Below, piece by piece: positions 22,445 through 34,651 of a DNA stretch of 37,194 nt. The stretch lies in NCBI RefSeq assembly GCF_001194135.2, contig NC_069000.1:22638225-22675418 (forward strand), read 5' to 3'. Source of the DNA: Octopus bimaculoides. Its lineage: Eukaryota. The notes under the pieces are model-generated. The model was not told the DNA's origin and did not search any database. It was given only the letters and a program-made list of their open reading frames with translations. The position numbers were made by a program, and so were the translations under genes. Position 1 is the stretch's first letter; every line of letters starts with the position of its first letter.

Positions 22445-22778
22445 TCTCCCTCTGTCTGTCTGTCTCCCTCTGTCTGTCTGTCTCCCTCTGTCTGTCTGTC
22501 TGTCTCTGTCTGTCTGTCTGTCTCTGTCTGTCTGTCTGTCTCTGTCTGTCTGTCTGTCTCTGTCTGTCTGTCTGTCTCTGTCTGTCTGTCTGNNNNNNNN
22601 NNNNNNNNNNNNNNNNNNNNNNNNNNNNNNNNNNNNNNNNNNNNNNNNNNNNNNNNNNNNNNNNNNNNNNNNNNNNNNNNNNNNNNNNNNNNNNNNNNNN
22701 NNNNNNNNNNNNNNNNNNNNNNNNNNNNNNNNNNNNNNNNNNNNNNNNNNNNNNNNNNNNNNNNNNNNNNNNNNNNNN

Positions 22779-22842
<64 letters not shown>
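22445..22842. repeat. (CTGT)n/(CA)n microsatellites with gap
   Basis: Direct reading. Confidence 0.9.
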
Positions 22843-22846
<4 letters not shown>

Positions 22847-22847
22847 C

Positions 22848-23200
22848 TTCTTTTACCTTTTACTTGTTTCAGTCATTTGACTGTGGCCATGCTGGAGTAT
22901 CACCTTGTGGAATTTTTAGTCAAATGAATCATTCTTAGTACTTTTTTTTTTAAAGCCTGGTATTTATTATTTCAGTTTCTTTGGTTGAACTGCTAAGTTA
23001 TGGGAACATAAGCACACCCATACTGGTTGTCAAGCAGTGGTGGTGGGGTAAACACAGACACAAAAACACAGACACAATGCACACATATATGATGGGCTTC
23101 TTTCAGTTTCCATCTATTAAATCCACTCGTAAGGCTTTGGTTGGCCCAAGGCTGTTGTAGAAAACACTTCCCAAATGCCATGCAGTGGGACTGAACCTGA
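22848..23200 (-). mobile_element. SINE family A, decayed, head truncated
   Basis: Family A tail and CORE-like motifs. Confidence 0.85.
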
Positions 23201-23618
23201 CGTCCTTGATATCCCAAAGCATTTGAGGGAGGACATTCGGTGAAAGAGACTGGATCTGTGGAAACCAATTCTTCACAATGACAACGAACCCTGTCACCAA
23301 GCTCTCCTCACAGGTGAGTTTCCCACCTAAACAACATGGCATTGCTTCTGCACCTCACCTCCCCTATTCACCAAATGTGGACTTTCCCCTCCAAGATGAA
23401 AATGCAGCTCAAAGGTCACCGTTTTAATTCCATTGTCGAGATCCAGAGTGAATCACAGAAGGTCCTCGACTCACTTATGAAAAAACATTCTTCCAGGCCA
23501 GATTCCAAAAGTGGTAGGAATGCTGGAACCGGTGTATTGCTGTGCAAGGTGACAATTTTGAAGGAGTTGGTATTAAAACTGAAGTAAATAAGTTATTTTT
23601 TTATTAAAAATAACTAAT
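23201..23618 (+). mobile_element. Mariner 3' transposase fragment
   Basis: LHNDNEPCHQALL...PYSP...KMKMQLKGHRFNSIVEIQSESQKVLDSL...WNRCIAVQGDNFEG. Confidence 0.88.
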
Positions 23619-23619
23619 C

Positions 23620-23785
23620 ATCATCATCATCATCATCACCATTGTTTAACGTCCGCTTTCCATGCTAGCATGGGTTGGACGATTTGACTGAGGACTGGTG
23701 AACCAGGTGGCTACACCAGGTTCCAATCTGATTTGGCAGAGTTTCTACAGCTTGATGTCCTTCCTAACGCCAACCACTCCAAGAT
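23620..23785 (-). mobile_element. 3' tail of retroposon family G ending in (GAT)n
   Basis: Reverse complement ...gtccaacccatgctagcatggaaagcggacgttaaac...(gat)n. Confidence 0.8.
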
Positions 23786-24064
23786 AATCTAGGAACATTT
23801 TGTTACTGCCTCTCATATGTAAAATTATAGAAAGGTGAACGAAATATGTTATATGGTGTTGATGATAGTAGAATTGGTAGAGAGGTCGCAATAACTGCGG
23901 TGGTATTGAAATTGGTGGTATATACATACATGTGTGTGTTAGTGTATATAGCCACTGTTTATATGAAACATACTCTGCATCTGCGTAAACATAATTGGCA
24001 GTAGAAGTCACCATTCCTTGTCGTTATTACCATCTTCACCATTACCAGTTATGTAACTGAATCA

Positions 24065-24260
24065 CCGTTACCACCACTGCTGTTGCCACCACCACAACCA
24101 TGGCTACCACTGTCATCGCTACCACCAACACCACCACCAACTCCACCACCAACTCCACCACCACTGCTACTGCTGTCACCACCACTGCCACCACCACCAC
24201 CATCATCGCTGCTGCCACTTCACCTCCAACCCAACCACCACCGCCACCACCTCCACCATC
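24065..24260. repeat. (CCA)n tract
   Basis: Direct reading. Confidence 0.9.
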
Positions 24261-24719
24261 ATATTCATCATATTATATTTTTGTATTAACTTTTCTGAAA
24301 AAATTTTTCTCTATTTCTATTTATGTAAATATTTTATATTCATTTTTTTTTTTTTACTTTACTGCAAAACAAGGAATATAAAATCACATAAAAGACTCCA
24401 AAAATAAGAAAAAAAAAACTAAAAAGAAAAATAATGAGTTAAAAAGATTCCAAAAATCTAATACCTAAAATGAAGAATCCAAAAATTACCCAAAATCCCA
24501 AAATTTCCCAAATCCCCAAACCAAGCAAGGATTCAGCTTGAATCAGCAAAAATAAGTTGAAATGAGAGAAATGGTTTGTTTGATGCTATTGCCATTGCAG
24601 GCGGCAGTTTAGAAAGCAATCTTTGAAATTCTTCATAATAGAATCAGAATCAGAATGGCCATTTATAATGGCGGTACTTTTGTGAAATTACAGCACACTG
24701 TTGTTGTGCTTGTGTCTCT

Positions 24720-24761
24720 GTGGGTATGTGTGTGTGTGTGTGCATGTGTGTGTGTATGTGT

Positions 24762-24793
<32 letters not shown>

Positions 24794-25416
24794 ATGAATA
24801 CGTGTGCATTTGTGTATATGATGATATGTACATATGAGTGTGCATGCATGTGTGTGTGTGTGTGTGGATGTGTATGTGTGTGTGTTTATGAATACGTGTG
24901 CATTTGTGTATATGATATGTAGATATGAGTGTGTTTGTATGTGCAATGTGTGTGCATGCATGTGTGTGTGTGTGTGGATGTGTATATGTGTGTGAATGTG
25001 TATGTTAGCGTATGGATATGTGTATGCTTAAATATATGATGATATGTGTATATGGGTGTGTTTGGATATGTATATATATATATATATATATGTGTGTATG
25101 CATGGGTGTGTGTGGATATGTATATTAGTGTATGGATGAGTGTGCATTGACATATATTATAATGTGTGCATGGGTGTGTTTGTATATGTATATGTGTGTG
25201 TGTGCGTCTGTGTGTGCGTCTGTGTGTGGCTGTGTACGTTAGCATATGGAGGTGTGTGTGTTTGTTTAGATGGTAATATGTGTGTATGTGTGTGTGTGTA
25301 GATGTATATTGGTGTGTTTATGAGTGTGTGTGTATGTGTGTGTAGAATGTATGTTGTTTTGTGTGCATGAATGTATCTGTGAATACTTGGATGTATGTTG
25401 GTGTGCATGAAAAGCC

Positions 25417-25460
<44 letters not shown>

Positions 25461-25679
25461 NNNNNNNNNNNNNNNNNNNNNNNNNNNNNNNNNNNNNNNN
25501 NNNNNNNNNNNNNNNNNNNNNNNNNNNNNNNNNNNNNNNNNNNNNNNNNNNNNNNNNNNNNNNNNNNNNNNNNNNNNNNNNNNNNNNNNNNNNNNNNNNN
25601 NNNNNNNNNNNNNNNNNNNNNNNNNNNNNNNNNNNNNNNNNNNNNNNNNNNNTATATATATATATATATATATGGTAAA

Positions 25680-25715
<36 letters not shown>

Positions 25716-26040
25716 AATGTATATTGGGGTATGTGTGTATATGTGTTTTTATGTGTGTTTCAGCATAGGTAAATGTCGATATGTTTGTGAGTGGGGAGAG
25801 ACATTTTGTGTGTGTGTATGTGTGTGTGTGTACATTTATGTAAAATATGTGGCAACCATGTGTGTATGGATGTATGCTGTTATTTGTATGTATGTATACA
25901 GACATGTGCATGTATATGGATGTATATGAGATGTATAAGTATATGTATATGGATGTGTACAAGTGTGTGTATGTATGAAATGATTATGTATGTGTGTGTG
26001 TAATAGTGTAAATGTGAGTATATATGTTTGTGGATTTGTG

Positions 26041-26081
<41 letters not shown>

Positions 26082-26091
26082 NNNNNNNNNN

Positions 26092-26125
<34 letters not shown>
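24720..26125. repeat. Compound (GT)n/(TA)n microsatellite field with gaps
   Basis: Direct reading. Confidence 0.95.
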
Positions 26126-26127
<2 letters not shown>

Positions 26128-26377
26128 GATTCACAGTCAAGGTGCAGAAATGGTGTATCCTGAATGTACATGGTAATGTAATCTGATGGTAGAAAGAATG
26201 AAAGAATTCCGTGTATTAGGTACTCCAAAGTCAGTTGGAAGGCTGGGGGTCCTTGTGAGCATGTGGTAAATATTAAATCCAAAAAAAGCGAAGAACAAAC
26301 ACAAGAAAAGAAACAACAACATGAGGACGTGGTACATGCAAAGTATTAGCAGACACTCAGGGAAGGAAAGAAAAATA

Positions 26378-26412
26378 GTTTTATGTTTCGAGCAAAGCTC
26401 TTCGTCAGAAAC
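26378..26412 (-). ncRNA. Minimal Penelope-type hammerhead motif (one probable CpG-decay mutation)
   Basis: GTTT CTGACGA A GAGC-TTT-GCTC GAA ACAT A AAAC. Helices I and II are perfect 4 bp; ACAT is probably from the palindrome ACGT. Confidence 0.7.
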
Positions 26413-26796
26413 ACGAGATGGAGGAAAGTCCAAGAGAAAAGGAAGATGGAGAAAAAAAATTGCCAGTGATCCACTTGTGGTTACAGTAGCCAAAAGTGGA
26501 TCAGTCTGGATATCTATTGATCAGACCTCGTATATATTTGTGTGTCAACATGTATGTTTATGTGATTGTGAAAAGTTCCCAATGAATGTAGTGGCCATTC
26601 TTCATTTCTATAACGTACCTTGTTGTCTATCAAGTGTAATAGTGGGGAACTGAAATCTATGTTTTTTAAATGGGGTCAAATGACCTCTCATGTTTTTAGA
26701 GCTTATTTGAAAAAAAATAATTAGACTTTTGAAGATTGTATATCATGCCTTTAGTGCTCTTGGACATGGGAAAACCCATCCTTCTTCAGCTTAGAC

Positions 26797-27051
26797 CACT
26801 GGTTTTCAACTGGAGTCCATATGACTTTTAAGGGTCCACAAAAGGTTTTGTTGTTAAAATTTATGAGCAATAAATAGCTTATACTTCTACAAAACACAAA
26901 ATATTTTAACAATATTTTTAATACAATTTCTAATTATATCTAATTATAAAAATGTAATAGGATGTTTTTAAATACAGAATGGCTATGAGGGTCCACCTAA
27001 GTAAAACAAGAATCAATGGGTCAATGGGCAAAAAATGGTTGGGAACACCTA
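26797..27051. mobile_element. hAT(Charlie)-like MITE
   Basis: Ends cactggttttcaac / gttgggaacaccta; 8-bp TSD gcttagac / ggttagac (7/8). Confidence 0.6.
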
Positions 27052-27886
27052 GGTTAGACCTTCCAGAAGAGAGGGAGTCAGACAGACAGAGAGAAAAGAG
27101 AGAGAGAGAATGTGCAATGAAAGGCGAAGTCAACTTTCAGTAGGATTTCAGTACAGCATACAGAGAGCCAGAATGATTACCACTAGACAGACTATCTGAT
27201 GCTCTAATGACCCCTACTAATTACCCATCTTAAATTATAATTTATTCCATCCTGAATAATTAGTAAGTCGTCCATAAATAATAGAAAGTCATCTGTATTG
27301 TTTTCAAAATTCTTAACCATACAGCCATGTCTGTCCATAAAATAAAACAGATGCCATCACCGTTACACTCACACATACAAAGAATTCCACCAAATATTTT
27401 TTACTACTATAAATTTTATGTTTCAAAGAATTTGTTCCGGTATATATATATATATACATAGTATTTTGAATATTATTAAAGTTAATGTGTGTTAGTCCTT
27501 ACAACTTTCACTCCTGCTTTGCTGCATGTTTGTGTTTTTATAGAATTGTGTTTGCTAGCATATAATTTTATTTTCATAGAAATATTTGGTTTTGAAAGCT
27601 ACTACAAATATTTTGTTTCTATATGACAGAATTGCAATTACTAAACGTTTCAAATAGCAAAATAGTTTTGTTCAACCAATAACATCTATGAGAAGTTTGA
27701 TGCAGAAGGGACCATGAACAAAAAGGAAAAAGATATATTTGAGAAACACTTGCTAAATCACACAGTTTTGATCTCTTTCTCTCTCTCCATCCTTCTCTCT
27801 CTCTCTTTCCCTCTTACTGTTTATGTCTCTGTCAGTCTGTCTCTCTGTCTGCTTCTCACACTCCACTACTTATTTAACAGTAGTTC

Positions 27887-28053
27887 CAGGCCTATCGCCA
27901 GATTTTGGTACCTGAGGGATGCTTCAGAATATTCTGTGTGGGTACTAATTTTTGTAAACTGCATTTTTGTAAACTATTCTCTAAATCTGAAGGTGCACCA
28001 TTAAATAGTGAGGGGGCAGTGCCGTCCAGTGCACCCCCTTAGTAATGGGCATG
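27887..28053. mobile_element. Small MITE-like element with 8-bp TSD
   Basis: Imperfect TIR (9/15); TSD agtagttc / ggtagttc (7/8). Confidence 0.45.
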
Positions 28054-28169
28054 GGTAGTTCTGTGAAACACTAACAAGTTTCAATCAAAATGTTCTTGGG
28101 TATGGCTATGGTCCTTAATATTGTTTTCGTCATCTTTTCATTCTTTTGTTCTTTTCTTTATCAGTCAAA

Positions 28170-28445
28170 CTACCTACTTATCTACTTATCTATCAACCTA
28201 TTTGCTTACCTATCTACTTACTTGTTTATGCACCTACTTACCAGTCAATGTACTTACCTGCAACCCAGTGTATCTACCTACCTATCTACCTACCTACCTA
28301 CCTACCTACCTACCAATGTACTTACCTACCTACCTACCTATTTACATTTATACCTATGTACCTACATACATACCTATCTATCAAACTATCTACCCACTTA
28401 TTAACCTATCTACTTAAATAAGTATGTATGTTTCTACTTACCTAC
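28170..28445. repeat. (CTAC/CTAT)n degenerate tetranucleotide tract
   Basis: Direct reading. Confidence 0.9.
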
Positions 28446-28448
28446 ACA

Positions 28449-28651
28449 TGATGGGGTGGGGGTCTGAAAAATTCCTGGCTTTAAGGTTAGTGCGAAAGAC
28501 CTGGTTGGAGTCCCAACCTTCCGAGTTCTTTTACAGGGCTTAGAAAAACTGAAGGACCATTAATGGAAATATGTTGAATAAAATCATAATTAATTGAATC
28601 TCCTGTATTTTCTTTTACCCAGAGCCAGGAACCTTTCATCCTCACCTTGTA
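28449..28651 (+). mobile_element. Mariner-derived MITE (~200 bp)
   Basis: TIR cores ctgaaaaattcctggct / agccaggaacctttcat, right end at TA; remnant EFFLQGLEKLKD-like / YVE* coding scraps. Confidence 0.75.
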
Positions 28652-28665
28652 TACATACATACATA

Positions 28666-28830
28666 GGCGTAGGAGTGGCTGTGTGGTAAGTAGCTTGCTT
28701 ACCAACCACATGGTTCTGGGTTCAGTCCCACTGCGTGGCACCTTGGGCAAGTGTCTTCTACTATAGCCTCGGGCCGACCAAAGCCTTGTGAATGGATTTG
28801 GTAGACGGAAACTGAAAGAAGCCTGTCGTA

Positions 28831-28894
<64 letters not shown>

Positions 28895-29133
28895 AGTGCA
28901 TTTGTTTGTGTGTCTGTGTTTGTCCCCCGCAACATCGCTTGACAACCGATGCTGGTGTGTTTATGTCCCCGTAACTTAGCGGTTCGACAAAAGAGATTGA
29001 TAGAATAAGTACTAGGCTTCCAAAGAATAAGTCCTGGGGTCGATTTGCTCGACTAAAAGCGGTGCTCCAGCATGGCCACAGTCAAATGACTGAAACAAGT
29101 AAAAGAGTGAAGAGTAAAGAGAGTATACATGAA
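28666..29133 (+). mobile_element. Full-length SINE family A
   Basis: ggcgtaggagtggctgtgtggtaag...gactgaaacaagtaaaagag. Confidence 0.93.
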
Positions 29134-29329
29134 TATAGACAAGCATACATAGAAACCTATCTCTCAACCTACCTATATACCTACCCATCTATCATCTACT
29201 GATATACCTGCATGCCACTCCCTTTACTTCTCTCTCTCTCTCTCATTCTAAAAGGATATTTTTTCCAATTTATGTCCAACAGTGAATAAGTGAAAATCAT
29301 GGTGTTATATCAAATGACTATGATATTTC

Positions 29330-30270
29330 TAAAAATAAAAAATAAAAATTAAAATATTACAATACAATATATACCTATGGTAATGTATCACATGATAGTA
29401 ATATTTGTATACGAAATGCTGTGATATATTATATCTGTAGTGTAATATCAATGACAGTGTTATTTTCCATAAAATATTACAATATACTATATATGTGGTG
29501 TAATATCTGATCACAGCAATATTTGTACATAAAATACTATGATATACTATATCTGTTGTGCAGATGACAGCATGGTGTAATATCAGATATCACTGTAACA
29601 TCAGTTGACATTGGTATTTGTATGTAAAATATTGTAATATATTATACCTGTGGTGTAATATCAATGAGAGTGATATTTTTAAAAAATACTGTAATACATT
29701 ATCAATGATAATATATCACCTGTGTACAAAATACTATAATATACCAGATGCGTATAATATCAATGATAGTGATATATTTTCCATAAAATACTACCACAAG
29801 CTATATCTGTGATGTAATATCTGATCACAGTGATATTTGTACATGGAATACTGTGATATATCTGTTGTGTAATATCAACAATAACAGATGACAGCATGGT
29901 GTAATTACAGATACAACAGTAACATGAGATGACTGTGGTATTTGTATATAAAATACTGTAATATACTATACCTGTGATATCATTGTTTGATGACAGTGAT
30001 ATCAGATGGCAGTGATATTTGTATAGAAAATATTGTAGTATACTATATCTGTAGAATAATATCAGATAACAGTAACATTTGTATATAAAATACAACAATA
30101 TACTATATGTAATATCAGATGGCAGTGATATTTGAATATGGAATATTGTGGTGTTATACTATATCTGTAGAGTAATATTTGAAGAGATTTGTTTATAAAA
30201 TATTGTAGTATACTATATCTGTGCTGTAATATCAGGTGGAACTAACAATTGTATAGAATTCTACAATATA
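29330..30270 (+). repeat. Degenerate ~60-bp minisatellite
   Basis: Unit approximately aaaatattgtaatatactatatctgtggtgtaatatcagatgacagtgatatttgtatat, repeated across about 0.9 kb. Confidence 0.8.
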
Positions 30271-30957
30271 CTATAATCTATGCACACAATGAAACGCGTT
30301 TTTATATATAAATAAATTCTTCTTCATAATTGCAGTTAAAGAAATATCAATAACAGGACTGACATAGTTCAATGGATGTGCCTGACAAATAGCTTTTTTT
30401 GGGGGGGGACAATATTACAAATTCCTCACATCTTTAACTTTCCTCTCATTCATTACCGGAGTTACTCCTTCTATTTGACACTATTAACACAGCTGATGCA
30501 TAGAAAGGTGCCAAAAACCATGAAATGTCAACTCCCTACGAGAACTCTATATTTTAGAGGAGGAATAGAAATGAAGCTGAAATGTTGCAAAGTGATTTTC
30601 ACACAATCTTCTTTTGAACATCAAAGCCCAACAAAAATGTCCACTCATATATAACTTGCAATTATCTATAAACAATGGCATTACATTTGAATTTAGGCCA
30701 GCAATCTTTACATAACTGGCACTCACAGATATATTGCAGTTGCGTGGACATTATCCACTGTTGTTGTTAGCCCTTCCTTCAGATCACTTTGATTCAGTAG
30801 AACTCTGATCAAAGACAGTCTGTAACCATTCCATCTTCTTTATTGTTTTTTTAAAATTTTTATCTCAGGCAGTATATCTAGAACTATATTATCCAATATG
30901 GCATATATTTAAAAAAATAATTGATGTGATTTTGCAAGAACTTTAGCTGTTATTTCT

Positions 30958-31188
30958 TATTTCTTTATTGCCCACAAGGGGCTAAACACAGAGGGGACAA
31001 ACAAGGACAGACAAAGAGATTAAGTCGATTACATCGACCCCAGTGCGTAACTGGTACTTAATTTATCGACCCCGAAAGGATGAAAGGCATATTCGACCTC
31101 AGCAGAATTTGAACTCAGAACGTTACGGCAGACAAAATACCACTAAGCATTCTGCCCAGCATGCTAAAGTTTCTGCCAGCTATCCTCC
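30958..31188 (-). mobile_element. Full-length SINE family B, tail type 2, inserted in family D
   Basis: ggggtcgataaattaagtaccag core; 21-bp flanking duplication 30937-30957 / 31200-31220 (20/21). Confidence 0.92.
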
Positions 31189-31640
31189 TTAAGCTGTTAA
31201 GAGCTTTAGCTGTTATTTCTAGGAGGTACAGAGACTGCGTAGAAGCTCCCTTGTTGGTTTATTGATCTTTGGTGTAGTTATTTCTGTTGTTCAACCCTAG
31301 GTCAGCCCTAATACAGCAGATCTATAACCAATAGTGTTAACTTCAGTACTATTTAGTTGTGCTTCTCTGAATTCTGAGCTTGAATTTTGCCAGCATTAAC
31401 ATGTCCAATATCAATAAAATAAGTACCAGTCATGAACTGAGGTAGTTACAATTGTCTTACTGAATTTTCTTCGATGCAAGTCTGTTCCTTTGATGTTCCT
31501 CTTGAACACTAGTAAGTGAACACATGCAGGAATGATATGAGCAGAGAGGCAATTCAGAGGACTGACATTCTAAGAAGGAAGACCCAATGGATCTGGTTTT
31601 TTATAGAAAGTGTACAAATGATCATTAAAGATAGAGGGAG

Positions 31641-31744
<104 letters not shown>

Positions 31745-32214
31745 TCAAACTTTTGAGGAATGTCATTCATAATGGCTGATTCCATTATTTTAGAAATATT
31801 ATGAGTGTGTTTAACAGAAAAGTAAATGATAGGACTAAAAAGTTGCCTTTCTTTACAAAATGGACATGCTGTAGTATGTTTACCAGGGATCAGAGTTGAT
31901 TATTGTTGAAAGGAGAGGTTGAAGAATTTTAGAAGTTTAGGGCTAGCTCTAGGGAGAAATGCTTCTGGTTAATGGAAGGGAAACCGTTCAAGACTGGTGA
32001 CCTTGTTGGTTTGAAGTGACCAGAGATAATTTTGTGACTAGCCATCAGCCATCAGCCAGATGCCATCCCCATGTCCAGAGATTGGTATACTATGACTCCC
32101 CAGTGCCCTCTGTGTTGTGCTGCATACATACAATCAGCCAAGCTCTTGTTTCCAGTTCATTCTTTGATGTCAGTCTATAAGTGTCTTTCATAACATCTTG
32201 CTTTCTTCGCTTTC

Positions 32215-32600
32215 ACATCTGTCAGGAAAATCACTGCATAAAAGAAGTTACTCAAAGAATAAGTAAGGCTAAAACAACACTTATAAAAGTGAAAAGGATC
32301 TTCTCTTCAAACAACAGAACACTGCATCTAAAATTAAGGCTAGCAAATTCTCATATTGTGGTAACTGGAGAATGTACAAAGCAATGGAGAAAATGAGAGA
32401 AGCCTTTGCAATTTGGATCTTTCACAGATAGAGCAAGAGATTCTGGAAAGTAGGGTAACAAACACTGCAGTGATAGAAAAGCTGGAAGTCTAAGGACACC
32501 AATTTTAAGAATCAAATTCACAAAGCCCTCATATTTTGGATATAGTCACAGTGCTTGATATGAGCCCATGCAAAATGATGAGCATAGAAGGGTTGAAAAA
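32215..32600 (+). mobile_element. Decayed RTE-clade LINE fragment
   Basis: CIKEVTQRISKAKTTLIKVKRIFSSNNRTLHLKLRL, continuing with frameshifts to VTNTAVIEKLEV and ..SYFG. Confidence 0.75.
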
Positions 32601-32944
32601 GATAGAATTGGAAGAGATTTATTTAGTGAGAGGTTGGTTATTTCTGGTATGAAATGCATATATATATATATATATATATAGCGTTGCTATTATGCAAAAT
32701 TGATGTAAGTCCAAAACGTTGCTTTTTCAAAAAACAAAAAAATAGTTCCACCATTCCTTAGCAAAGCCGTTGTAGTACACTTTGACAATTTTTGATATCT
32801 TGGCATATGAAGCAGTTGGAAATACGATAGTTTGACCAAAAGAACTGGCTATTGCAAGCAAAAATAAGTATTGAAAAAAAAAATGCCTTTGGTCTAATTT
32901 GGACATACAACAGTTTAGCATAATAGCAACGATGTATATTATTT

Positions 32945-33118
32945 TCTTTTGAAGTCTGGTACTTATTCTATCGGGCCAAACTTCTAAGTTACAAGGATGT
33001 AAACCATCCAACACCAGTTGTCAAGTGACATTGGGTAACAAATTCACACATGCATGTGCGCACACACACACACACTCATACACACTGACACACACACATA
33101 CACACACTGACACAATCA

Positions 33119-33159
<41 letters not shown>

Positions 33160-33345
33160 ACACACACTCACACGCATACACACATACACATATGAAGCGC
33201 TTTATTTAGTTTCGGTCTACCAAATCCACTCAGAAGGCTTTTGTGAGCCTGAGGCTATTGTGGAAGACTGTTGCCCAAGGGGCCTTGCAGTGGAAGTGAT
33301 ACCAGAACTATGTGGTTGGGAAGCAAACTTTTTATCACAGCCATT
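32945..33345 (-). mobile_element. SINE family A, decayed, expanded (CA)n
   Basis: ggtacttattctatc...tctaccaaatccactc...gcccaagg. Confidence 0.8.
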
Positions 33346-33352
33346 CCTATAA

Positions 33353-33406
<54 letters not shown>

Positions 33407-34519
33407 TTATATACACATACATTCACTAGAAAGAAACTTCTTCCCAAAAAAGTTAGTGACGTTCTGAAAAAGAATTTACATCTTTTTTTAAATAATAATG
33501 CTAAAAAAGAATATTTCTCAAAAACTGTATCAAGTAATTTTTACAAAGACATATATNNNNNNNNNNNNNNNNNNNNNNNNNNNNNNNNNNNNNNNNNNNN
33601 NNNNNNNNNNNNNNNNNNNNNNNNNNNNNNNNNNNNNNNNNNNNNNNNNNNNNNNNNNNNNNNNNNNNNNNNNNNNNNNNNNNNNNNNNNNNNNNNNNNN
33701 NNNNNNNNNNNNNNNNNNNNNNNNNNNNNNNNNNNNNNNNNNNNNNNNNNNNNNNNNNNNNNNNNNNNNNNNNNNNNNNNNNNNNNNNNNNNNNNNNNNN
33801 NNNNNNNNNNNNNNNNNNNNNNNNNNNNNNNNNNNNNNNNNNNNNNNNNNNNNNNNNNNNNNNNNNNNNNNNNNNNNNNNNNNNNNNNNNNNNNNNNNNN
33901 NNNNNNNNNNNNNNNNNNNNNNNNNNNNNNNNNNNNNNNNNNNNNNNNNNNNNNNNNNNNNNNNNNNNNNNNNNNNNNNNNNNNNNNNNNNNNNNNNNNN
34001 NNNNNNNNNNNNNNNNNNNNNNNNNNNNNNNNNNNNNNNNNNNNNNNNNNNNNNNNNNNNNNNNNNNNNNNNNNNNNNNNNNNNNNNNNNNNATATATAT
34101 GTATGTATATATTACTTTTATCAGAAAGCTACAGAAAAGAATACTGTTTGAACTATATTTGTTTATATAGTCTTGTGCAGTTCAAACAGCAATCCAGCAC
34201 ACCACCACACCACCACACCACCACTACCACTACCAACACCATCACCAACACCCCTTCCACTCTCATTGCCCTCACTAAAACCACAATAAGAATCACAATA
34301 AAAATTTAAATTATCAACTCACAAAAGAAAGTAGAAAAAAGAATTGGATGTTAATAATGATATTTTAGAACTAAGTCTAAAATAATTAAATTTAATATTT
34401 GCTATTTAAGAATGATTTGATATGAAATCTTAATTTTAATCATGTTCATATCAAAACAAAATATAAAGACAATTTAAAAAAATATTAAAATATGAATAAC
34501 GACAAAAAAATCTGAAAAT

Positions 34520-34602
34520 AAAACAATAATAACCACAACAATGATAATAATATTAGTCGTAATAATAATAACAATATTAATAATAATAATAATAATAATA
34601 AT

Positions 34603-34651
<49 letters not shown>

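Noticed and set aside
29330-30270. CRISPR-like or regularly spaced array
   Set aside because: Contiguous degenerate tandem units without unique spacers, in a eukaryotic context
30291-30300. GAAACGCGT palindromic half-hammerhead
   Set aside because: No CUGANGA upstream; the adjacent sequence is minisatellite
30490-30535. CTGATGC...GAAATGTC hammerhead-like string
   Set aside because: Core A9 mutated and helix I does not pair
34144-34189. 11-bp perfect inverted repeat with an inner 7-bp hairpin
   Set aside because: Short AT-rich hairpin with no ribozyme core or TSD; may be chance
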